From a virus, in IMG/VR virus record IMGVR_UViG_3300028883_000004, positions 1 through 64,000 of that record: a stretch of 64,000 nt of DNA. One strand, written 5' to 3'. Shown here in pieces: positions 1-8,141 of the stretch. Numbering within the stretch: the first letter of the stretch is position 1; each line of letters begins with the position of its first letter. Both the position numbers and the translations under genes were made by a program. A model generated the notes under the pieces. The model had not been told where the DNA came from. It did no database searches and was given only the letters and a program-made list of their open reading frames with translations.

Positions 1-122
1 GGGTTGGAAACTACTACGGACTCAAGAAGCAATCTTACGATATTTTCGTGCAGAGCATGAAGGCCTCCTCTGGAGGTATCGAAGATGCAGCCAAACTCGG
101 TTCTCACAAGTTAGGCAACTGA
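1..122 (+). CDS. 3' end of an upstream CDS (partial, product unknown)
   Basis: Frame 3 is open from the window edge to TGA 120-122 (...KLGSHKLGN*). Same strand as every other gene. Lies upstream of the head protease/scaffold/capsid genes. Confidence 0.3.
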   Translation, partial: VGNYYGLKKQSYDIFVQSMKASSGGIEDAAKLGSHKLGN

Positions 123-164
123 TGAACTTTTTTTCTTAAATGGCGAATCGAAATGAGGTAAGAA

Positions 165-365
165 ATGTACAGCAGTTACGAAGAAGCAAAGAAGGCAATC
201 GAGAACCTTCCGTCAGGGAAGGCTGGAAGCGAAACTGCGAATAAGATAGACGCCTGGCTTGCAGAGCAAAACGTAATGACCTTTGACCAAGCTGACGAAC
301 TTGCTGGCCTTCTTGAGAAGCTAAACGAAACGAAACAATGGTTTCCAGTTATCTCCTACGAATAA
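165..365 (+). CDS. small hypothetical protein (66 aa)
   Basis: ATG preceded by GAGGT about 5 nt upstream. Acidic, helical-looking sequence. No recognisable motif. Confidence 0.5.
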   Translation: MYSSYEEAKKAIENLPSGKAGSETANKIDAWLAEQNVMTFDQADELAGLLEKLNETKQWFPVISYE

Positions 366-508
366 TATAATCTCCGTGTTTTCCTGAGTTCCCATAACAA
401 GCATTCTCATGATGCACTCCTGAGCCTCATTTTTCTTCAATTTTTCCCTTTACACCTGCAGGCAGCAATTCTTACAGTCGCTATCTAAAGAGAAACGGAG
501 AAAGCGAC

Positions 509-1435
509 GTGGCAAGCAAAGCCTATTTAGAAGCTCTCATGAAGTTGGCAAAGAGACATCTTCCAGCGTGGTTGTACAAGGACCTCCACACGGAGGCCAT
601 GGCTGCAACTGGAGGGAAGGCCAGATGGGGTCTAACCGGCAAGATGGACGGGGTGGCGAAGATGGCCCTCCGCTCTCTGGTTACAGACGCTCTGAAAGAG
701 GAGGACGATGCCGTCATCAAGGATGTCTTCGTAAACCTCTCCACTTGGTTTGCATCCGCCTCTCGTAGAGGTGACGACCTTGCTCAGTTAACTGCAGCGG
801 CAAAGACACTTCTTTCGGAAATGGATCGACGTAAACTTCAATACAACTCATCTCTCTTGGTCGTAAAGGCTGCAAATGGAGAGAAGGTCGAGAAGGACAA
901 AGGAGACTCCGAAGCGGAGACCGCGACCGAAGATGAGTTACTTCAGATCAGCAGCAACGTAAGGATCATTAAGGCGTATCCAAATCGTCACGTTGTAATG
1001 GGTCCGGTTGCAGACCCTTATCAGGTTGACGCTCACGGCGATTGGATTCCGGCTTTCTCAGTTGAGACCTTCGCCCATAAGTTCATGGAACGTTCCAGAG
1101 TTATAAACCTTCAGCACATAGCTGGAGTAGATGCCGTCCCAGTCGAATCCTTCCTCCTACCCTACCCAACCCAGGCGGACTACGCCCTTGCCATGAAAAT
1201 GAAAGCCCACGACATCTTCCAGTTTGTATACGGAGACGGTAAGCTCGATCGAATGCACTCTGGTACATGGTTACTCGGGACTAAAATCAACGACGTCACA
1301 GCATGGGACCTCGTAGAGCAAGGAAAGCTCGGAGCCTACAGCATCGACGGATGGGGAAAACGAAGCAAGGACAAATTTGAACCGATGGCTTTCGTCAAGA
1401 AGGTTATCAAAATCGATATAAGGATGTTGCTATGA
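509..1435 (+). CDS. putative prohead (maturation) protease, XkdF-like
   Basis: GTG start with GGAG about 8 nt upstream. The C-terminal half (VMGPVADPYQVDAHGDWIPAFSVETFAHKFM...NLQHI...VESFL) resembles the XkdF-type phage serine peptidase domain. ATGA-coupled to the scaffold gene, two genes upstream of the major capsid gene. Confidence 0.55.
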   Translation: MASKAYLEALMKLAKRHLPAWLYKDLHTEAMAATGGKARWGLTGKMDGVAKMALRSLVTDALKEEDDAVIKDVFVNLSTWFASASRRGDDLAQLTAAAKTLLSEMDRRKLQYNSSLLVVKAANGEKVEKDKGDSEAETATEDELLQISSNVRIIKAYPNRHVVMGPVADPYQVDAHGDWIPAFSVETFAHKFMERSRVINLQHIAGVDAVPVESFLLPYPTQADYALAMKMKAHDIFQFVYGDGKLDRMHSGTWLLGTKINDVTAWDLVEQGKLGAYSIDGWGKRSKDKFEPMAFVKKVIKIDIRMLL

Positions 1436-2352
1436 GTAATGCACCGTCGGCAGGAGCAAGCTCCGGAAAAGCACTTCTCCTGGTGGAGGAGCGTGACCCG
1501 GCAGTTGCACTCGTAGGTGAGGGAGCGGTCGACAAACCGTACCTCATTCGAAAGGACAAGAACGGCAAAGGAGGAAACGGCATGGACCTGGAAAAGGTGG
1601 CCAAGCAACTCGCCGAAGCCGGTCTTGAGAACGAAGAGGACGTTCTGGCGATTCTGAAGGAGAAGGTCAAGGATGAGGAAGCTGCTCAGTCGCTTGAAGC
1701 CGCAATGCGACTGATTCACGTTTCCAAATCCAAGATTCCTGAGGAAGCTATGACGGCCGTCTTCGAACTCACCGGACTGAAGTTGCCGGCCGAACAACCC
1801 ATCGAGAAGGAGAAGGAACAAATGGCGGACAAGGAAAAGACCAACGAGGTCAAAGTCGACAAGGAGAAGGTTCTCGCTGAACTGACTCCCGAGGCGAAGG
1901 CCCTTTTCGACAACCAGCAGGCACAGCTCGCTTCGATTCAGAAATCGAACGAGAAACTTCAGGCTTCGCTGGATGAAGAAAAGGAAGCCAGAGTCACCAA
2001 GGAGTTCGAGGCGAAAGTCAACGATTTTCCCCACCTGGTCAGCGATGATTTGAAACCGCAGCTCGCGAAGGTTCTCAAGTCGGCGCACAGCGGCATGGAT
2101 TCGGATACCTACGGGCATCTCACCACGCTGCTGACCAACTGCAATACCTCCATTGGCGAACTCAAGAAAGCCAAAGAGGACCTGGACAAAGTCACCAAGG
2201 AAAAGGACGAACTCCAGGAGAAGATCGAGAAAGTCAAACCGGCGGCCTCCGCGGCAGAGGGCGACGGCGACCCCGACAAGGTCAAGAAGGAAAAGGGCGA
2301 AGGCGAAGAGGAGAAAGTCGACAAAGGTTTCTGGGGCGGCAAGTTCCTGTAA
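1432..2352 (+). CDS. putative scaffolding protein
   Basis: 306 aa, E/K-rich and coiled-coil-like (EKEKEQMADKEKTNEVKVDKEK...). Sits between the protease and the major capsid gene. Confidence 0.6.
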   Translation: MSNAPSAGASSGKALLLVEERDPAVALVGEGAVDKPYLIRKDKNGKGGNGMDLEKVAKQLAEAGLENEEDVLAILKEKVKDEEAAQSLEAAMRLIHVSKSKIPEEAMTAVFELTGLKLPAEQPIEKEKEQMADKEKTNEVKVDKEKVLAELTPEAKALFDNQQAQLASIQKSNEKLQASLDEEKEARVTKEFEAKVNDFPHLVSDDLKPQLAKVLKSAHSGMDSDTYGHLTTLLTNCNTSIGELKKAKEDLDKVTKEKDELQEKIEKVKPAASAAEGDGDPDKVKKEKGEGEEEKVDKGFWGGKFL

Positions 2353-2427
2353 ACCTCTACGGCAAACCCTCTCCCCTGGTAACGGGGGAAAAGAGATCAA
2401 CGAAACGTTCTAAGGAGGAACAATCAA

Positions 2428-3615
2428 ATGACCAACGAGGAAGTCATCCAGAAAGCGAAGATCACGGCGGACAATCTCGCCGCGGCCGGCAAGCTTTCCC
2501 CGAAGCAGGCCAATCGCTTCATCGATTACATTGTCGATTCCACCATCCTGGCGAAGAACGCGCGGGTGGCCAGGTTCCGTAACGAGGAACTGGAAATCAA
2601 CAAGATCGGCGTCGGCCGGCGCGTTGCCATGCCGAAGGCTTTGGCTACTGCACCGACGGCTCGTCGGACCATCACGACCGGCAAGCTTACCCTGAAACCC
2701 AAAGAGATCATCGTGCCCTTCGAGATCGGCGACAACTTCGTCGAGATCAATATCGAAGGCGACGACGTCGAAGATCACATCGTTCGCATGATGGCCGTTC
2801 AACTCGGAAACAATCTCGAAGAGCTTTACATCCTTGGCGACACCCTGGGTTACGCGGTGATCGAGAAAGACATTTACGAGGACGGCGACGCAGCGAAGTA
2901 CATCAAAGACGACTACCTGGCCCTTACCGACGGCTGGCTCAAACTGGCCCTGGGCTCCAACCTGTTCGATGCGGAAGGCGAGAACGTCTCCAGCGGTCTG
3001 TTCTCCAGGATGCTGATGAGCATGCCCGAGAAGTTCAAACGCAACAAGCGCAACCTCCGCTACTTCTGCTCCACCGAACACGAGCAGCTTTATCGTGAGA
3101 CCATGTCCACTCGCATCGGCGCCAGCGGTGAGAAGGCTCTGACGACCTTCTCCAATCTGACTCCCTTCGGCGTGGAGCTGGTTCCGGTTCCCCTGCTCCC
3201 GATGAATCCCATGTACGTTCAGCACGTCACCCTGACCGGGGAGGACGACATCAATCTGGCCTACGCGGACATCATCGATACCGTGGTCGCAGCCTCCGAC
3301 CTCGCCCAGACTCCTCAGGATGCTTACGTCGAAGACACCGACTACGAAGTGGATGAGGAAAACGGAACGATCGCCCGCATCGACGGCGGATCCATCGGAG
3401 ACGGCGTTACGGTGAAAGTAACCTACAAGACCCTCGGCAAAATGATCCTGACCACCTACGACAACTTCGTGGTCGGCATCGGCCGGGACATCCGCATCGA
3501 GAAGGATCGCGACATCTTCGCCGGCACCAATATGTACGCCATCACCTGCAAGGTCGATGTGCTCATCGAAGAGCCGGATGCTGCGGTTCTGGCACTCAAC
3601 GTCGGGAACGACTAA
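2428..3615 (+). CDS. major capsid protein (HK97-fold type)
   Basis: Strong SD (AAGGAGG) 8 nt upstream. The N-terminus (KLSPKQANRFIDYIVDSTILAKNARV...) and 395-aa size are typical of phage_capsid-family proteins. Position is after protease and scaffold. Confidence 0.75.
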   Translation: MTNEEVIQKAKITADNLAAAGKLSPKQANRFIDYIVDSTILAKNARVARFRNEELEINKIGVGRRVAMPKALATAPTARRTITTGKLTLKPKEIIVPFEIGDNFVEINIEGDDVEDHIVRMMAVQLGNNLEELYILGDTLGYAVIEKDIYEDGDAAKYIKDDYLALTDGWLKLALGSNLFDAEGENVSSGLFSRMLMSMPEKFKRNKRNLRYFCSTEHEQLYRETMSTRIGASGEKALTTFSNLTPFGVELVPVPLLPMNPMYVQHVTLTGEDDINLAYADIIDTVVAASDLAQTPQDAYVEDTDYEVDEENGTIARIDGGSIGDGVTVKVTYKTLGKMILTTYDNFVVGIGRDIRIEKDRDIFAGTNMYAITCKVDVLIEEPDAAVLALNVGND

Positions 3616-3652
3616 ACAACAACGGCCGTTAAGGTCATCACCTGCGAGTGAC

Positions 3653-3675
3653 AACCTTTCCCTGGAGGAAGGGTT
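3653..3675 (+). terminator. stem-loop downstream of the capsid gene (possible attenuator or mRNA stabiliser)
   Basis: AACCTTTCC-ctgga-GGAAGGGTT gives a 9-bp stem with one G.U pair. No T-tract follows. Confidence 0.3.
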
Positions 3676-3696
3676 CACCAAAGGAGGAAAAGGAAA

Positions 3697-3960
3697 ATGG
3701 CAAGACGTAAACGTTCGACCAAGGCTTCGGCAACTCGGTCCCAGGGCGCAATCGCTCAGGTCACTCTTCGTACCGCGAGAACCTATCGGGCGAAAAGCGA
3801 ACCGACTGTCTGCTTCCGGAAAGACATTCCGATGTACGTCCATGACAAAGACCTTCTGGACTCTCTCATGGCACAGGGGCAGATGTTCCACGTTCGTATG
3901 CTTCCCAAGGACGGCGGCAATAGCAAGACCACGGCGAAGAAACGCACAACCAAGAAGTAG
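3697..3960 (+). CDS. small basic protein (87 aa)
   Basis: SD AAAGGAGGAAAAGG upstream. Both termini are strongly basic (MARRKRSTKAS... ...KTTAKKRTTKK). Confidence 0.55.
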   Translation: MARRKRSTKASATRSQGAIAQVTLRTARTYRAKSEPTVCFRKDIPMYVHDKDLLDSLMAQGQMFHVRMLPKDGGNSKTTAKKRTTKK

Positions 3961-3992
3961 AAGCCTCAAAGGTCGGAAAGGGAGACAACAAC

Positions 3993-4283
3993 ATGTACGA
4001 GATCGTACCGGACACCATAGCAAACGTCGAGGTTCCCAATCAGGTTCCTGCGGCGGGCGTTGGCACCCGGTCTCCCATGCGTTCCCGAGAAGGTGCACTT
4101 CATCTGAAGCCTGGGACCCTCACCCGCGTAACCGACGACGAGTTCAAAGCTATCACGGACCAGGGCATTGCTCTGAGGTACGCGAAGCAGATTGAGAAGG
4201 ATATCGTCAAAGTCGCGGAGACCGGCAGCGTCAAACGGCGCAAGATCGGTTTCGGAGGGAAGCGCGGCAAGATGAAGTTCTAG
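3993..4283 (+). CDS. small protein with basic C-terminus (96 aa)
   Basis: SD AAAGGGAG upstream. C-terminus is VKRRKIGFGGKRGKMKF. Confidence 0.55.
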   Translation: MYEIVPDTIANVEVPNQVPAAGVGTRSPMRSREGALHLKPGTLTRVTDDEFKAITDQGIALRYAKQIEKDIVKVAETGSVKRRKIGFGGKRGKMKF

Positions 4284-4366
4284 CCAGATCGATGCGCAGA
4301 GACCGGAGGACACTCAACCGTACTTACTTGGCTGGCCTTTATGACATCACAAAAGGCGGTTGACAA

Positions 4367-4762
4367 GTGATATTCATTCATCGAAAAGACGGAACAACTC
4401 TCAAGTTCGACTTGAGTGGAGAAAAGGTCGATGGGGATGAGATTAGAGGGGATGCGGAATTGCAAGAACTTCTAGCAGACTCCAAGTGGACGGCGGACAT
4501 CAGTGGAATGGCCGTCAAATCCAATAAGGAGATGAAGGCCCTCACTCTCCCAAAAGGTTTCTTAAATGTTTCGTTCTCAGCGGAGTCACTACACGATTCG
4601 CGAAAATCCCCTCCTGCCTTCCTTGGTGAGAGGGTTCACATCCAGGCGGACGAGATCAGGATGACCCTGACGGCCTTCACCACTCGTCAACCAAGGATGA
4701 CGAGAATCGACATTCGGAAAACCGGCAAGCCGAGGTTCCTTCCGAAAGTGAGGAAAACATGA
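4367..4762 (+). CDS. hypothetical protein (131 aa)
   Basis: GTG start after AAGGCGG. ATGA-coupled to the next gene. No motif recognised. Confidence 0.45.
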   Translation: MIFIHRKDGTTLKFDLSGEKVDGDEIRGDAELQELLADSKWTADISGMAVKSNKEMKALTLPKGFLNVSFSAESLHDSRKSPPAFLGERVHIQADEIRMTLTAFTTRQPRMTRIDIRKTGKPRFLPKVRKT

Positions 4763-5172
4763 CATTACGAAGAACGCAAAGAGACCCTGGGAGAACTTCG
4801 AATGGGGAGCTTCTGCCTCATCCGTACTACCCGTTTTCTGGGAAGTTCGAAGGAGTGGCCGACGATGCAGTCGTTGAAATCTCCTTAACGAACACAAGGC
4901 AGATGATCGGCTTGACCGGTCTCATCCTTACCCTGAGTGCGGCGGTAGCAAACTTCAAGGCGACTCTTTTTGACCTGAACCCGACCGCAGACGGATTCGA
5001 CGAAGGAAAGAACATCGTGGCTCAGTTTACAGGAGCTGGTCAAACGGTCGTTCAGAACTTCCTGAACTCTCCCTCGGTATTCGAGAGCGAAAAACTCTGG
5101 ATGAAAATTGAGCAGGATACTGGAGGCGACATCGACGTAGCTTACAGAATCTCCTGTCTCGACCTTGGTTAA
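4759..5172 (+). CDS. hypothetical head/neck-module protein (137 aa)
   Basis: ATGA coupling with the upstream ORF. Beta-rich sequence. Call rests on position in the head module only. Confidence 0.5.
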   Translation: MTLRRTQRDPGRTSNGELLPHPYYPFSGKFEGVADDAVVEISLTNTRQMIGLTGLILTLSAAVANFKATLFDLNPTADGFDEGKNIVAQFTGAGQTVVQNFLNSPSVFESEKLWMKIEQDTGGDIDVAYRISCLDLG

Positions 5173-5184
5173 GGGAGATCCGCT

Positions 5185-5850
5185 ATGGGATACACGACTA
5201 TTGAGGCTCTACGGGCTGCAGGAATAACGGAGGCAATGCTTTCTGACGAAGATGCTCCCGAGAAGATCGACTATTGGAGTTCAGAAGTAGATAGGCTCAC
5301 AGGACAGTTTTTTGAGTCTCGTGAAGTGGATACTATGATCGATGGATCGGGAGGGGCGATGCTCCTCTTTCGAGTTCCCATCATCAGCATCTCTGCAATC
5401 TACAGGAACGACTCCACTGTAGCTGAGGACCCTGCAAACTACGTCGTGTACAATCGGAGACAACCAGACGACAGAAAGAATCCGAAGATCGTTCTGAAGA
5501 ACCTTCCTGGTGGTTCTTTCTGCGCCACTGGAGGAGCCCGTAGAATCTTCCAGGAGGGCGTCCAAAATCAGAGGGTAGTGGGTACATTCGGTTACACGGA
5601 AGAAGGCGGAGAAACGCCGCTCCCGATTGCGAGAGCAGTGATTCTGCTTATAGCCAATGACCTAGAGACCCTTGCGGACCCTGATCGGGAGCCGGCTGGC
5701 GTTTCTCAGCGGATCAAAAGGGAGGTTACAGACGGACATTCTATCACTTATGCAGGAGTGTCGGACGCCTACACCCCGACTGGCATCCCAGAGGTCGATA
5801 AGATCATCAGGAGGTTCAAAGCTCCAATTCACATGAGGATGATTAAATGA
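5185..5850 (+). CDS. putative head-tail connector/adaptor protein
   Basis: The N-terminus (TIEALRAAGITEAMLSDEDAPEKIDYWSSEVDRLTGQFF) resembles gp6-like head-tail connector proteins. Position fits. Confidence 0.45.
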   Translation: MGYTTIEALRAAGITEAMLSDEDAPEKIDYWSSEVDRLTGQFFESREVDTMIDGSGGAMLLFRVPIISISAIYRNDSTVAEDPANYVVYNRRQPDDRKNPKIVLKNLPGGSFCATGGARRIFQEGVQNQRVVGTFGYTEEGGETPLPIARAVILLIANDLETLADPDREPAGVSQRIKREVTDGHSITYAGVSDAYTPTGIPEVDKIIRRFKAPIHMRMIK

Positions 5851-6245
5851 GACAACCAAGGCTCATCCATCCTGTAGATGTGAAGGTCATCCCGAAGGGA
5901 ACGAACAAAGGAGTCTCCCAGCACTCGGGGGACGACGTTGTTGTAGGGAGAAAGAAGGGAACAGACCTCACTGTAAAGCTATCTGGGCAGCCAAGGTGGT
6001 ATACGAAGGATAAACTCAGGAGGGACGAACCGACTCCAACTGAAGGCAGTACCGGTTACATCCTGTTTAGAGTCATCGATTTGGAAAAGAATGGTTACAC
6101 CTTCAAGCATGGCGACAACTTCGTAGAGATAGGAGGCGTTGTCCAAAACCTTTTCGTTCTGGGTACACGTCCAATGGGACATTACAAAGGGAAGGCTAGA
6201 CTGCTTGCAGTCGACTTCAAAGATCGTCAACCAGTGGAGACATGA
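5847..6245 (+). CDS. putative head-closure/neck protein
   Basis: ATGA-coupled, 132 aa. Size and position are typical of head-tail joining proteins. No strong motif. Confidence 0.4.
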   Translation: MRQPRLIHPVDVKVIPKGTNKGVSQHSGDDVVVGRKKGTDLTVKLSGQPRWYTKDKLRRDEPTPTEGSTGYILFRVIDLEKNGYTFKHGDNFVEIGGVVQNLFVLGTRPMGHYKGKARLLAVDFKDRQPVET

Positions 6246-6248
6246 TGA

Positions 6249-6842
6249 ATGGCAGGCGACGGAATCAAACTGACTGGAGACTGGAAGTTGCTTTTGCAGC
6301 TTACAGACCCCACGAAGTTCCATCACCGATTAAACATAGGTGTAAAGCGCGCTATGACAAAGGCCTGCCTTTACGCTCGAAAAAAGGTCAAGCTGGACAT
6401 CAAGGCGAAGAAGTACGACAAGAATGCTCCAATGACAGAAGCCATCAAAGGATCGACCACCCCGCTGGTAGACAACAACGAGCTTGTTCGTTCTGTTACT
6501 CACAAACTCTTCAAGGGAGGTTACGAGGCTTTCGTAGGAGTTCTAAAGGGAACGAAGAGAGGAGACAAGGACGCCGTAGACCTTGCCTCCGTCCTACACG
6601 ATGGAGCTATCATCCCAGTAACTCCAAAGATGCGACGTTACTTCTTCATGATGTTTATGGAAGGAAACGACGGTTGGTATCCGATAGCGGACGACACAAC
6701 AGAAATCGTTATCCCACCAAGGAAGTTCTTGGAGGCTCCTCTTTCGGAGTCAGATGTTCAGCGGCGAATAATCTGGTACTGGATGGGAGCCATCGAGTAC
6801 GCAATGACAGGTAAGTCAGACAAGCTTACGGGAACACTATGA
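6249..6842 (+). CDS. putative neck/tail-completion protein (HK97 gp10-like, tentative)
   Basis: 197 aa. Position between head closure and tail genes. Only loose resemblance to the gp10 family. Preferred over the Arg-rich overlapping frame 6242-6814. Confidence 0.4.
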   Translation: MAGDGIKLTGDWKLLLQLTDPTKFHHRLNIGVKRAMTKACLYARKKVKLDIKAKKYDKNAPMTEAIKGSTTPLVDNNELVRSVTHKLFKGGYEAFVGVLKGTKRGDKDAVDLASVLHDGAIIPVTPKMRRYFFMMFMEGNDGWYPIADDTTEIVIPPRKFLEAPLSESDVQRRIIWYWMGAIEYAMTGKSDKLTGTL

Positions 6843-8125
6843 GACACGGAATAATAAAAGACTTCGACTTCAACATGAGGGACTTCGAGAAGTTTACCCT
6901 CGGAGATAAAGTTGCAATCGTCCCGAGGGCTGAGACGTCCTTCATGCTGGATGCCGAACTCTACGATACAGAGATAAGAGACCTGCTCGCATTAAGAAAG
7001 GACCCGAATGAACTTCATGGAAAGTTCTATGCCGAAGAGGAGGCTCAGACTTTTGTAACAGAGCCATTGGCGGCACGGGAGCTTATCGGATTTTCAATCG
7101 AGGGAGTTATTCCAGAAGGAACATCTGTAGAGTTCAGGATGTTTAACGGAAGCATTCCGATGATATGGGATGAAACGGATGAATGGAAGGAAGCGACAGA
7201 CGACTGGAACTCCGTAGAGGAGATTGCAGAAGGCCTCCCATTCTGGATAAAGCAAGTCGGAAAGAAGTTCGGATTCGTTCTCAAGCTTGCGTCTGATACC
7301 GATAAGAAGCTGACTCCTAGAATCTACGCGATAAAGGTTCTAATGGAAGTCGAGATGAGTTACGAAGAGGACATCCTTTATCGTAGCCTCAAATCCAGAC
7401 TTGCTTCGGTGATTACTCATAAGGAAGTGGAGCTTCAACTTCAGAACGACGACGAAACTGCAACTGTATCTGAAGTCGACCTTGCAGAGTACGACATTCT
7501 GGAGCAGATACCTGTAGAAGTTACAAACGTCCTTTCCGTTTACGAGAAGGACGACGAAGATAGGAGACACGATCTTCTGAGCACCTACGACCCTGAAACG
7601 AAGTTGATCGGTTTTAATGAGGAGATCGGCGGGAACTCCCGCATCGTCCTCATACTGGAGTGCAGACCAAGCGTGGTTGTGATAGGGCAGTCGGTTAACA
7701 TGTATCCAATGCCGACCAACCTTCCTGCCATAGCAGTCGAGGACTTCTCCGAGGACTCCGTAGAGGAAGGAGGGAGAGACTCAGTTGTGAACGTGCAACT
7801 AGAATGGGGCGCGATGGTAAACGCTCCACTCATAACAACGTACTCGGCGACGCTAATGTTCTACACCGGGAGCGGAAGGGAACTAAGGAAACTCGCAGAA
7901 GCCGTGAGAGCAGACTTCAGGGAAACGCCGTACCTTCATTCGATAGGACTTGACGAGGACTTCGACTTGTCTACGACTGGAGGATGGAGCACAACCACTC
8001 GGGTGAACCTGAGCAATAAGCACTCTGGCGAGGCGACTCTAATGATCCATAATGTTCCTAGAAGGTTCGGAATTGGCGAGGTCGACACGGCAATCGTAAA
8101 GAGCATTCAGCTCAACCTATCCTGA
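6839..8125 (+). CDS. structural protein of unknown role (428 aa), upstream of the sheath
   Basis: ATGA-coupled long ORF with ordinary composition. No motif recognised. Confidence 0.55.
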   Translation: MRHGIIKDFDFNMRDFEKFTLGDKVAIVPRAETSFMLDAELYDTEIRDLLALRKDPNELHGKFYAEEEAQTFVTEPLAARELIGFSIEGVIPEGTSVEFRMFNGSIPMIWDETDEWKEATDDWNSVEEIAEGLPFWIKQVGKKFGFVLKLASDTDKKLTPRIYAIKVLMEVEMSYEEDILYRSLKSRLASVITHKEVELQLQNDDETATVSEVDLAEYDILEQIPVEVTNVLSVYEKDDEDRRHDLLSTYDPETKLIGFNEEIGGNSRIVLILECRPSVVVIGQSVNMYPMPTNLPAIAVEDFSEDSVEEGGRDSVVNVQLEWGAMVNAPLITTYSATLMFYTGSGRELRKLAEAVRADFRETPYLHSIGLDEDFDLSTTGGWSTTTRVNLSNKHSGEATLMIHNVPRRFGIGEVDTAIVKSIQLNLS

Positions 8126-8141
8126 GAAGGAGGATTCAACA

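Noticed and set aside
2410-4098. 562-aa ORF on the minus strand. Similar long minus-strand ORFs occur at 1336-2400, 10032-11120, 14519-15427, 11208-11774, 44436-45119 and 9180-9848.
   Set aside because: All lie antisense to strongly supported + strand genes (capsid, scaffold, sheath, methyltransferase and others). They lack SDs and have Arg/Leu/Gly-rich shadow-frame composition.
6242-6814. 190-aa + strand ORF overlapping 6249-6842 in another frame. Likewise 3557-4195 and 10778-11185.
   Set aside because: Their Arg/Ser/Gly-rich composition is typical of off-frame translation. The partner frames have normal composition and translational coupling with their neighbours.
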